Of a stretch of DNA of 54,964 bases, positions 1-12,324 are shown in pieces. The notes below the pieces were generated by a model. It was not told where the DNA came from. It did not search any database and saw only the letters and a list, made by a program, of their open reading frames with translations. Numbering within the stretch: the stretch's first letter is position 1; every line of letters begins with the position of its first letter. The translations under genes and the position numbers were made by a program. Source of the DNA: Rhizaria sp. SCN 62-66 (Eukaryota); the NCBI GenBank assembly GCA_001724265.1, contig MEDY01000364.1:1-54964 (forward strand). The letters run 5' to 3'.

Positions 1-1
1 C

Positions 2-1697
2 GTCCCCGCCCGCCGCCGCAGCTCTGGCCGCGGCGGCCAGCATCAGCGCGGACGCGCCCTGCCCGCCCCCGCCCCGGGCGCTGCAGCCGCCGTTGCCGCC
101 GCCGGCGTCGCCGCCGCTGCCGGCGCCCATGGCGGCGCGCGAGCGGGCCCAGAGCGTGACGTGCGCGTCGACAACGAGCCGTGCCGCCACGCGCGCCGCG
201 CCCAGGCAGCAGCGCTCGGCGCCCGCGAGCGCGCTGCCGGCCACCGCGCTGTTGGCGGCGCCGCTGCCAGCAGCGCCGCTGCCGTCGCAGAGACTGCAGC
301 CGGCGTCGCCGTCGCTGCCGGCCTTGCTCTCGCTGCCACAGGCACCAGCAACGGCGACGGCGGTGCAGCTAGCGCTGTCGGCGCCGCAGTTGCAGCCGCC
401 GTCGCAGCGACAGCAGCGTCCCGCCCCGGCGCCAGCGCCAGCGCCGCTGTGGCCGTCAGTCTTGTGCGCGGCGCGCAGCGCGGCGACCGCGGCGGCGGCG
501 TCCGCGCAGGCCGTGGTGGCGAGCAGCGCCCACACGGCGGCCACGGGCGCGGCGGCGGCGGCGGCGGCGGCGTGCGCGTTGGCGACGCAGAGGTGCGCGA
601 AAAGCACGAGCCCGGTCACGGCGCGCGCGGTGCCCGGCGCCGCGGCGGGGCAGTCCAGCGGCGCCAGCGCCGAGCCCACCGTCGCCGAGTTAGACAGGGA
701 CAGAGGCTGCGACGGCGACTGTGGCTGCGGCTGCAAGAGAGCCTGCGACCGCGAGAGAGACAGAGCCGCGTCGCTGGCGGGCCTGCCCGGGCGCGCCGCA
801 GCAACGAGAGCGGTGCTTTGGCAGCCGAGACTGCCGTCAGCGCCGACGCCGCCGCGGCGCGGGCGCGGGCGCAGACAGAGCGCGGCTGCAATGTGCGCGT
901 GGCTGGCGCGCAGGCCCAGGTCCGCGGGATGCAGCGCGTAGGCGCGCGCCAGCTGCACCAGCGCCGCCACGCCCGTCAGCGCCTGGCCCGCGGGCTGGCC
1001 GGCAGCGGCGGAGCCAGCCGCGGAGCCCGCGGCGGCCGCGGCGGCCGTCGCGGTGACTGCGGACACGGCGGCGAGCGCGGCGCGGCCCAGCGCGGTGCCG
1101 GCGGGCGCGGGCAGCAACCCCAGCAGCAGCGGCGCGGGGATCGGGTAAGGCTGCCCGAGCGCGCGCGCCACCACGTCGAGGCACGTGCTCGTCTCGGCAC
1201 CCGTCTCGGCGCCCGCCGCGCCGCCCGCGGAGCCGGGCTTGGCGGCCACGACGGCGCGCGCGAGCGCGGCCGCAGCGGCGGCAGCGGTGGCCGCCTCTGT
1301 GACCGTGCCCTCGCCGGCCGCAGCACCTGCTGCATCTCTCCCTCTCGCGGACATCAGCGCAGAGACGTCGCCAGCGCCTGCACCTGCGGCGGCGACGACG
1401 GCGGGCGTGACGGCCTGCACTGTGTACGCCGGGAGCACGACGATGTCGCCGAGCCCCAACCGCACGGCGGGGCAGGGTCCGAGGCCCAGGCCCGCCATCA
1501 GCCCCGCCGCGGCCGCGGACCCGGAGCCGCCGGCGCGAGCAGCAGCGCCGCCCCGGATCCTGGCGGCGTCGCCGTCAAGCCGCCCGTGGCCGTCGTGGCC
1601 ATGGCCGGGGTCGGGGCTGCCGTCCGCTTCGCCGGCCTCGTCGGCAACACCATCGGGCGAGTGGGCGCGCGAGCCGCTGCCGTCGCCGTCGCTCTGC

Positions 1698-1748
<51 letters not shown>

Positions 1749-3786
1749 AGTTGCTGCTGAAGTTGCTGTTGTTGCTGCATTTTCTGTTGCTGCTGTTGCT
1801 GCTGCATCTGCTGCTGCTTGCGGAGCTTCTCCGACGCCGCCAGCGCCTTGGCCTGATGGCGGTTGAGCGCCACGCCTGGCGCACCCATGCCACTGCTGGC
1901 CAGCGCGCCCGCGCCGGAGCCAGCGCCGGAGCCGGAGCCGGAGGGAGGTGAGCTTGCGGCTGGCGCGGCGCCCATCACCGCGGGCTGCTTGGCCGCCACG
2001 CGCGCCACAGCCAGGTTCGCCGCCGACGCAATCAGCCCCTCGCCGCCGCCGCTCGCGGCCGCGGGCGCGGGCAGGGCGCCCGCGCCTCCAGCGCCGGCCG
2101 CGGCGGCGTCGGCAGGGGATTTGGCCCGCGCCGCCTGCTGCGAGGCCGCGTGGGCGCGGCGGCCGCGGTCTTTGGCTCCGCCGACGGCCCCAGCGCCAGG
2201 GCCGCCGCCAGAGACAGAGTTCGCGGCGTTGGCAGCGGTCATGGCGGTAACTGGGATGGGGAACCTGAACTGCGTCAGATCGATCGTGACCGCGCTGTTG
2301 CTGTTACCACTGCTTCTGCCACTACTATTACTGCTGTTGACCGTGTTGGCGGGCGCGGGGACCGTGACCGTGAGCAGGCCCGCGGCCGCGGCCGCAGCCG
2401 TCACCGACAAGACCTCGTTGCCGTCACTGCTGTTGCTGTTGCTGTGGCCAGGCGGGAGCGCCGAGGGGCCCGAGAAGACGCCCGCGCCCCAGCGCGCAAG
2501 CACGGTCCCGGCGGCCTGCGCCGCGCCGCCGGCGAGCACGCTGCCGCGCTCGCGCGTGTCGGCGCAGTAGGCCAGCGAGCCATCGAGCGCGAACGCGGCC
2601 GCCGCGACGCCGCCCGCGCGCGCGCGCGGCCGCGCCGTCGCGGCCGTGTGCTCGACGACGAGCATGTCCTTGCCGCACGTGACGAGCCCGGCTCCGGAGC
2701 CCAGCCAGGCCATGCCCGTGACGGCGTCCGAGTGTCCGCAGAAGGCCTCCTGCGGCTGCGCGGGCTCTGTCACATCCCACAACAACACGTTGTGGTCCAG
2801 GATGCTGGCCGCGGACGCGAGCTGCAGCGGGTGGCACGGCCGGAAGCTGACCTGCGCGACTGAGCTCCACACCGGGATCGCGCCCAGCGCGCGCGCGGGG
2901 GCCGCCAGCGACCAGAGCTTCACGTTGCGGTCGCGCGTCGCCGTCGCGAGGATGCTCGGGTCCAGGTGGTGCCAGTCCAGCCCCAGCGGCGACGAGCTGT
3001 GATCCACCAGTGAGTAGGCCAACGCCCGCCCCGCGCCGCCGCCGCCGCCGCCGCCGCCTGCGCCCGTCGAGAAGGCGGCCGCGGCGGCGGACGGCGCCGC
3101 GTGTGCAGAAAGCGAGGTCGACGCGGTGCGCAGGTCCCACACGGCCGTGGTCCCGTCGTCGTGCGCGGACGCGAGCTGCCACGGCGAGTGCGGAGAACAC
3201 ACCAGGTCGCGCACCGGCACGCCCGTGTCCCCGCCCCCGCCGCCGCCGCCGCTGCTGGCGCCGTCGGTGTCGTTGCTGCCGTCAGCAGGGTCCTCGGCGT
3301 CGAGCCCGTCGCCGTCGCCGTCGCAGTCGCCGCCGCCGCCGCCACCGCCGCGCTGGAGCCGCAGCTTCTGCTGCAACAGCAGGCCCGATCGCGCGCCAGG
3401 CGCGAGGACGTCCCCGGGGCCGCCCGCCTGGCCCAGCGCGCCGCGCATGCCCGACAGGCGCCAGTCGAGGCCGCCGACGCCGCCGGGGCCGCCGACGCCG
3501 CTGAGGCCGCCGACACCGCTGAGGCCGCTGACGCTGTGGATGACGTTGCCGCCGCCGGGGCCCGTGGTGCTGCGGCGGCCGGCCAGCGCCTGCGCCTGCG
3601 CCTGCGACTGCGCAAGCGAGAGGCGGAGCACGCAGCGCTGCACGCGCGTGTCCCAGACGAGCACGGCGCCGTCCTGGCCGGCCGAGACCAGCCACGCGGG
3701 TTCCCCGTGGACCCAACGCACGCGCGACACCGCGCGCGAGTGCCCGCCCTCGACGCCGCCCCAACCCACGCCGCCGCCGCCGCCGC

Positions 3787-3817
<31 letters not shown>

Positions 3818-5206
3818 CGCGCCCGCACCCGCGCCCGCGCCCGCGGCGGCCGCGGCGGCGGAGTCCGAAGCGGGCAGCAGCGAAGGGCAGAGCCAGGACA
3901 CGTTGCCGTTGGTGTGCCCAAGCGCGATGAGCGCGCCCGCGCCGCCGCTGCGCTGCCACGCGATGTCTGTCAGCGCGCTTGCGGGCCCGCCGTCGCGCCG
4001 CGCCGCGCGCTGCAGCGTCGCCACAGGTACTAGCCGCTGCTGGCTGCCGCCGCCGCCGCCACCGCCGCCGCTGTTAGCGGAGCCGTCCGCGGCGGAGGCA
4101 GAGCTCGCCGCAGCGGTGGTGCTGCTGCTACTGCCGCTGCTCGAGCTGTTGGTGTTGCGGCCGCCGGTGCGGATGCTGTTGCCGCCGGCGTTGTTGCTGC
4201 TGAGCGGGGTCGGTGACGACAGCGAGTCGCTGCTACTGCTGCTGCTGAAGTTATTGCTAGACGACGACGACGATGACGACATAGACATCAAGCCGGAGTA
4301 AAACCCCTCGCCGCCGCCGCCGCCACTGCTGGCGTTAGGAAAGGGCCCGTAGAGCCCGCCGCCGCCGAAGCGTCCCGCGCCCGCCGCGCCCGCCGCGCCC
4401 GCAGTGGCGGCCCCAGCGCCCAGCGCGGCGATGGCGCTGGCTGCGAGGCCCGTGACACCCGCCGCGCCCCCCGCGGCAGCCACGGCGGCGGCGGCGGCGG
4501 CGGCAGCGGCGGAGTGCGCGAGCCCGCCCGCGCCGAGCAGCCCGGAGGCGCTGGCGTTGGCGAACGGGCGTGCGAGCAGCGTGAGCTCGCGGTCGGCTAG
4601 GACCACGAAGGCCTCGTCGGGCGACAGCGCTAGCGCGACCGGCACGGACGACAGCGCCGCGCGGTGCGACAGCGGCGGCCCAAAGCGCAGCGCGTCGCGC
4701 GCGGCTAGCGCGGCCAGCGTCGCGGGCGAGTCGAACGTGCTGGCCAGCCGCAGGCCCGAGGCCGAGGCCGACGCGGAGGCCGAGGAGGAGGCGGCCGAGG
4801 CGTCGTCGGCACCCGCGCCGGCCGCCGAGGACGAGGACGAGCCCGCGGCGGAGCCGGAGCCGGAAGAAAAGACGTGGTGCGTGGTCTTGACGCCCTGGGG
4901 CCCACGCGAGTAGACGAGCGGCGCGGCCGACGCGCGCGGCGCATTGGCAGCGGCTGAGGAGGATGAGGACGAGGATGCGTCATTTGCGGAGTTGCTCTGG
5001 CCTGAGCGCGAGGACGATGACAAGATAAAGGAGCTCGAAGGCTTGTTGGAGGATCCGGGGCCCGCAGCGGCGGAGAACGATGATGATGACGATGACGATG
5101 ACGACGACGACAAGGACGATGTGTTGCCAGTAGCAGCGGCCGGGTCGTTCGCGTTCGTCGCCGTCGCGCGGGCACCGCGGCTAAAGCGGTTGTGGTAGTA
5201 GCTCAT
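2..5206 (-). CDS. WDR24: WD40-repeat protein, WDR24/Sea2 (GATOR2 subunit)-like; 3' end runs off the window
   Basis: ATG at 5206 (MSYYHNRFSRG...) opens a frame with no apparent stop before position 1, so it is absent from the ORF track. Manual translation near 2650-3030 gives DHSSSPLGLDWHHLDPSILATATRDRNVKLW...SVAQVSFRPCHPLQLASAASILDHNVLLWDV...FCGHSDAVTGMAW...LVTCGKD, resembling WDR24 WD repeats. Poly-Gln tract near 1695-1815. Confidence 0.72.
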
Positions 5207-6327
5207 GCGAGAGCAAGAGCAAAAGCGAGTGAGACGCTCAGAGTCTTACAGATGCCGCTGGAACTGAGAGTCTTGCTGCACACTGGTGGAAGAGGCGTGA
5301 TCTTCGATGCTCTGGAGCAGACTGCTGAAAGATGTTTACAAAGAAAGATATTGAAGCATAAATGCAGTCTGAGAAATTGTGGCAAAACAACTAACAATAA
5401 AATCAACTACTCTATCCAGATCCCAAAGTCACATTCAAACAGACGGTCGTCTCATCGAAATATACCACGACAAAAAGTACCACTTCATCTCAGTCACGTC
5501 TGTAATGTTACCCGAAGGGCTGGCTGGCTGGCTCGACGAGGTCAGCAGAGCAAAAAAATAAGACCAACGACTGCAATGAGCGTTGATCTCGTGAACGCGA
5601 TGATTGTGCGAAGCGGCAAAAAGAAAGGAGTTTTTTTTGTGCCCAAGTTCCTCCAAGCGAAGCCGGCGCTGCCTCAGGCCACACTACTCACGTACACCCT
5701 ATCTGTCGCTCCACTCACTGCAGTCTGCTCGTTTGCTCCTTTGCAGGCCTGAACGGTTAGCAGACGGTTTCACTCCCCTCCGAGGTCAACCTACGTTGAG
5801 CAAAGAGAGGGAGACAGCGAGCGAGGTCAGAGGTCGCGGTCAACGCAGCGTGATCCTGCACATACGCCGGGACCTGACGGTTCCAGAACCCTAGTGCCCT
5901 TGCGGGTTACACCGTTTTTAACGCGGCCACTAAGTCAAAATTGGCCAAATTTAGCATACATAGACCCTTGAAATATTATGTCGAGAAAAATTATGATATC
6001 TCCGTCATGATTGCCCAGTTCTTACATATGTTTTCACGGATCTCTCACAAATGACATATGAAAAAATATATTTAAAAAGAGGATATCCTTTCAAAAGTGC
6101 TATACTTCCGATGAGAGTACGGCGGGAGAAGCCTTATGAAGCGCAGGATCAAGACTGAAAAAGCAGACCGAACCTCACGTGCTTCGTCCCCTTTCTCGGG
6201 CCATCGGCGAATCTTAAATGAGGTTGATTTACTTGAAGACACTTCCGTCGTTGGTCCACGCACGCACTGGTCGCTTACACGGCTTTGATTTGTATTTGCA
6301 CTTTTTTATTCAGTTTTGTCCAGCACG

Positions 6328-8371
6328 ATGTCTACCGGCAAAGGCCTTTCTCCTCAGATCGTGAGTCTTCCGGGTGTCGCTGTCGTCGGCGCAGGCCTTG
6401 CGGGCTGTCTCCTCGCCATCTATCTGCGCCGCCGCGGCATCGAGGTCGACATCTTCGAGTCCCGCACCGACATGCGTCAGGCGGGCGCCGAGCGCGGCCG
6501 CTCGATCAACCTCATCCTTACGTCGCGCGGCCTCGACGCCCTGGACCGCGTGGGCCTGCTCCCGTCGATTCTCTCCGTGTGCACGCCCGTGTACGGCCGC
6601 ACCCTGCACTCGCAGCAGTGCGACCTGGCCTACCAGTCCTACGGGCCCGACGCCACCTTTGCGAACTACTCCATCTCGCGCACGGAGTTGAACATCCAGC
6701 TGCTGGACGCCGCCGAGGCCGCGGGCGCCCGCGTGCACTTCCAGCACGCCCTTGACCACCTCGACGTCCGCAACCGTACGCTGTACACGTACGTGCGCCA
6801 CCAGGGCCACCCGCACGCCAAGGCCTTCCGCGCCGCGCACGTCTTCGGCACCGACGGCGCCGGCTCCCGCGTCCGCCAGGCACTCAAGCTCGCGCTCGGG
6901 CCCAAGTGCGAGGACAAGGGCACGCCGCTGGGCGCCTCGTACCGCGAGCTGCTTATGCCCGCCGCCGCCGCCGCCAGCAACGCCAGCGGGAGCGCCGAGG
7001 GCGAGTTTGTGATGGACGGCAAGTCGCTGCACATCTGGCCGCGCGGCAGCCACTTCCTGATGGCGCTGCCGAACCGCGACGGGTCTTTCACGATGACGCT
7101 GTATCTGCCCGACAAGGGCGACGCCGTGTCTTTCGCCGCGCTCGACACGCCCGCCAAGGCCGAGGCCTACTTCCGCGAGTTTTACCCCGACGCGCTGGCG
7201 CTGATCCCGGACCTGCAGCAGCAGTGGGCGACGCACCCGCAGGGCTTCCTGGGCACCATCAGCTGCGCGCCGTGGCACGCGGCGGACGCGGCCGTCGTGC
7301 TCGGCGATGCGGCGCACGGCGTCACGCCCTTCTTCGGCCAGGGCTGCAACGCCAGCTTCGAGGGCGTCGTTGCGCTGGACGCCGCGCTCACGGCGGCCAA
7401 CGGCGGCCGCGCGCGCGGTATGAGCAACGTCGGCGAGGCCTTCGCCGCTTTCTACCGCAAGTACAAGCCCAACGCCGACGCCATCGCGCAGATGGCCGTG
7501 GAGAACTACTACGAGATGATGGACAAGACGGGCGACGCGCACTTCCTGCGCCAGAAGGAGCTCGAGGTGAAGCTTGCGCACAAGTTCCCCGAGACCTTCC
7601 TCGCGCGCTACGCGCTCGTACGTGGCACGCAACGTTACGACTTCAGATCGTGACGGTGTTTTTAACGACGAGATTTTTCTGTTTTGCATTATCTAGCTAA
7701 TAGTTTTTTTGTCGTGTCTTGCATCTATATTTTGATTTTATTCTTGATCTCACATGTTTTATCTGGTTTTTACTCTCTATATTGTTTGCTCTCTGCTTCG
7801 ACAGGTCACGCACACGCTGGTGCCTTACGCAGCGTGCAAGGCCATCGGCGAGGCGCAGCAGCTCATTCTCGATCAGCTCTGCCCCCCCGCTAACGCTGCC
7901 TCCGCCTCTGCCGCTGCCACTGCGGCTGCGGCGAAGGGTAAGAGCGGCAAGGGCGGCAAGGGTGACAGTGGAGACGACTTCAATCAACAGGTACGTGCAG
8001 GTTACTCTCGATATCGGAGTTAAGCCGCTGAATTGGAACTCCAAGCCGCTTGCGTTATGTTTGCGCACCTACCTGATACTGATGGTCAGCTGAGTTGATA
8101 TGTGAAGCTATTGCGAAATATCTTTTCTTATTTTTATTAAGTCTCACGACATTGTCCTTTCTGTTCTCACACTCGCTCTGTTCCTCAGATGGCGTCCTCG
8201 CTGATCCGGTCGATCCTGGTGCCTGTGCTGCGCCGCCACCGCGTCTCCGCCAAGGACTTTGCCGACATCTCGCGCCAGCTGGTGCTTAAGGCCCAGCAGC
8301 CGCCGCAGCCGCCGCAGCCGCCGCAGCCGCCGCAGCCGCCGCAGCCGCCGCAGCTCGAGGCCAAGCTGTGA
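6328..8371 (+). CDS. KMO: Kynurenine 3-monooxygenase (FAD-dependent), 3 exons: 6328-7617, 7805-7990, 8189-8371; ~552 aa
   Basis: FAD motif VVGAGLAG; GRSINLILTSRG; LHIWPRGSHFLMALPNRDGSFTMTL; LGDAAHGVTPFFGQGCNASFE. GTACGT...CAG introns keep frame; ends in TGA. Confidence 0.93.
8297..8350 (+). repeat. Coding tandem repeat (CAGCCGCCG)x6 = (QPP)6 near the KMO C-terminus
   Basis: Directly visible 9-bp repeat. Confidence 0.9.
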
Positions 8372-9365
8372 GCGGCGGGCTGGACGACGGGTGCTCTCAC
8401 AGTCGCTTTGCGTGCGCACACTCACCGCATACGTACGCTTTACCGATGTTTCGGATGCATATGGATTGTACATTGTATCAAACAAACGTCACAGGTGAGG
8501 TGAGATTGGCGCGGCGCTTACGCTGAGTCATGAGTCAAATGGGCAGTTAAGTAGCTCTGCAGCCTCTGTTATTGCAATTATGGGCTATTGCGACGCGTGT
8601 TATGATTAATCCTTAGTGTTTGTATCTGTTTCGGAGTTCGTGTTGCTGTTGCCGTTCATTGCTCTTGTTGTTTACAGCTTGGCTTCGTATTATTTTTGCC
8701 AGGCCGATACACAATTCGCTTTCTCAGTGCAACTGACCAATGGAGCTACGCCAAAGTGTGATTGTTGTCTTTGCTGACGACACTCTATCGTATCAGCCGA
8801 TCTTGCATGATTTCGAAACAAAAAAGGACTTTGGGCTCGAGTCAAGTTCAGCTCAATAGTTAACTTGTTCACTCAAAAAGGAGGCACCGATTTAAATATG
8901 ATTTTATATCGCACCAGAGACACACACACATACACACACACCCAAACTGCAATAGAATGCACGTTTTATCAAGTAGTGACACATCAAACCCATGAAGTCG
9001 TTGACTCCATCCATGTTCAGCGTTGTGCGGTGTACATGCAGCGGATGGAGAGGTGTCAAAATCGGCCTGTCTCAAGACAGCGTTTTCTCGGACATAATGG
9101 GTGATTTAAGTGTAAATAGCGTGCCACGCATTAAAAACATGTATTTGAAAACATAAATATTGCTTTTTCTTTATTGCGCAACTAAAGGCTGGGTTATCAG
9201 CAAGATATATAGGGTTACGTAGTTTGAATTGGGTGTTCGCGCGGACATGCTTCGATTGCAGAATTGAGCTCAAAACCACTACACGATGAAGATGAGTGCA
9301 CGTGTTTCAACTAAATTTTCAACTAAAATACTTCAATCTTTTGTGTTTCTTTGAAATCACTTAGT

Positions 9366-11031
9366 ATGAGGCGGTTAAGTTTGACTTTCGTCATTCAGAT
9401 CCTCGCGCTTGTCGTCTTGGTCCTGGCATCGAGCACCGCCGCGCAGCAGCCTACCACGACTGCCACGGCCTCCAAGACAACTGGCAAGACGTCTGCGTTG
9501 AAGCCGTTGTCAAAAGTGAGTATTCCTCCTATCACGATTTCGAACAATGAGCGTTTAGATGTGAAGCCGACCGTTGGCGTCGCGGTTACGGAGCAGGAGG
9601 TTTCTCAAAGTAAGTTTCACTTTACACAAGATTATCTCATCGCAAAGAGTATTCTAGATGTGATTCCAAACTAATTAACTTTTCTTGTGTTTTACTTTGG
9701 TATTTGTTTGGATTCAACTTGACAAAGATCGAGATCTATCTTACAAAATTCGCTCATCTTGAATGTGTTACTCTGTAACAATCCACCTCGTCTATTGTTC
9801 TTATCATTCAGAGTTCTCTCATTTCATCAAGCACTATGAGAAGTCGTACAGTCAGTCTGAGTATCGCACACGCTTGGCTGCGTTTAACCTGAACTACCGC
9901 AACATGAAGGCCAAGAACGCGCTCCTCAAAAGCGGTGAGGCGCCGTGGGTTGTGACCCAGTTCTTTGACTTGAGCAAGAGTGAGTTTTCCAGCCGCATGC
10001 TCCGCAGTGACAGCTTTGCAGATGTAAACGCGCATATTAAGAGCCTTGTAGCAGCGCATAACATGGCTAATGAGAAGAAAAATGTTGCACTCCTCGATAC
10101 CAACACAGTTGCTAGCTTAGACATTGCAACGGAAACGGGCATCGCAAGCGCAGGCGCTAACAAGAGTACACAAAGCACGATGACGATTCCCATCCGAGCT
10201 GCTTTGATCCGCAACCCCTTGTCAACAACCACGAATGATGCGAATTTACAGGTGCTGACCGCGGCCCAAATCGCCACGTTGCGCACGCAGTTGCCCGAGT
10301 CGATCGATTATCGCGAGCATGAAAACTTCGACATTCTCGGCCAGTTACGAGATCAAGGTCGGTGTGGCAGTTGCTTTAGTCATGCAGCAGCGTCGGTGGC
10401 ATCAAGTGCAGTGGCTTTACTGGAAAATAAGGGCCGCACCAAGGAACCGTTCGTGCCACACAAAGTGTTCTCGGCACAACCGGGGTTGGACTGCGTGCGG
10501 CCTCACTACAGCTGCACACACGGCGGTAACCACGCAATCACACTCGACGCGTTGCTGCGCAACAGGCTTACCATTCGTGAGACACACTATCCCTCATTCC
10601 CTGAAGATCGTCCGTGCGACTGGATGAAGCTCTACTCACACGCCTTCGACTGCTCGAAGCACCTCAAGGCCGTGCATGTGCCCGGGTCGGAAGAGCAGAT
10701 CGTGTACGCGCTAATGCGGTACGGCCCGCTGCTGGCGGCCGTGGACGGCAGCCCGCTGCAGTTGTACAGTCCAGGACGGCCCGTGGATGACTCGCAGTGC
10801 GGCTTCTTTATTAACCACTCTGTCGTCATTGTCGGTGTCACGAAAGAGTATTTCATCCTCCGCAACAGCTGGGGTCTGCGCGATGGCGAGCATGCGGGGC
10901 GATATTTTCCCAACTCTAACGGATACTATTACGTCAAGCGCGGCGGCAAAGTTCCGTGGTGGAAGGCGTCGTGTGCACTGCAGAATTACGTCTTTGCCAT
11001 CGTGCGCACGGACGGAAAGCCTTCGTTGTAA
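9366..11031 (+). CDS. Papain-family (C1A) cysteine protease with signal peptide and I29 prodomain; exons 9366-9609, 9812-11031; ~487 aa
   Basis: Hydrophobic N-terminus; I29-like FSHFIKHYEKSY...RLAAFNLN...TQFFDLSKSEF; catalytic QGRCGSCF, INHSVVIVG, RNSWG; ends in TAA. Confidence 0.9.
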
Positions 11032-12324
11032 GAGTTCGTCCGTCGCTTCATTAGGCAGGGTAACTTTGGTTCACACATTTCCGGCAATGCACAAGCGCGT
11101 TTCTACGCCAGGCATGTCATTTGCCACCTCCATGATCCAGATTCGTTGCTCTACACAATCGTAGTGAGTATACAGTACGTGTGTCAGGAAGAAAAAAGCT
11201 CCCTAAACTTACAAGATTACTCACTGTATAAACTTTGAATGGCTGGCCTTGGATTATGAAAAAATTTGAGTTGCAATAAAAAACTACTCAGCAAAAAAAA
11301 AGTCTTCACCTGCTTCGAAACCAACGATATATCCCTTGTAATCTGCTCGTCGTGCCCTTGCCATGTTGTAGCTGTCACAATTGTCGCAACGGTCAAGGAC
11401 ACAGCAGCAAACGACAAAATGACAACACACAATCGTACGCGCCTGACAGAATTCACAACATATGGCAGAGCACCCCAACAGCAAACCGCAAAAATGGCTC
11501 TACGACCGCGCCGCCTCATGTACACCTCATTACTAACACGCTCTCAACCGAAGGACAGCGGAACAACAACAGACCACAAAACATCAACACGGACGCGCAT
11601 AACCACACGCTGACACACACCAATAACAACATAAAGAGTAGCAATCACGATTACCTTACATAGCACAAAAACAACATCACCCCCCTCGTACACACTGTTC
11701 ATACAAACGGCATTCGTCTCGCTTGCCAGCCAAGCGACTCACAATAACTCCTTTTTCCTTTCGTCTTATTTTCCTTGACATGACAGACGATGATGATGGG
11801 TGAGTCGGCATTTCGGGATAGTAACCCGCTGGGACACGCCCTGGCCGCGTGGTACACTATGCACTCATAATTCCATGAATTGTTTGTATGTTTATTAAGA
11901 AAATATTTGTATATGATTCGATCCACAGCGCAAGACAAACTTCAACTAATCGGTAACTAAGGAGCACTTCTTCAACAGGAGCACGCCTCTGTCACTTTCC
12001 GACAGCTTTCATCGGATGTTGTTTTGACATATTCGTTCGTCAAACTGACAAAATAAGTTAGAATTCATATATTTAAGTAACTTTTAGTTTATTTGCCATT
12101 GTGTTATAGGTCAAACAATGTTTCATCAAGCAATGTGAAGCTGTCAATTCAAATGGCACACAACTCGCGTGCCTGACCACTGGTGAAAATATCTTCTCAA
12201 ATTACGCATCGTGTAGCAGATAAAAAGCCGCTAAATCAAGCTGTGGCAAACAAAATATCTGTTTAAAGCTAGAGAGTTTATCTCAAACGCACTGTCTTTG
12301 TTGTCTTTTGCTATTGACAGAGGT

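Noticed and set aside
11217-12300. Short ORFs in AT-rich spacers (also 5200-6300, 8500-9300, 14500-15600, 25500-26500, 45600-46900, 53900-54860)
   Set aside because: No motifs and composition unlike exons; no tRNA, rRNA or transposon signature recognised by eye.
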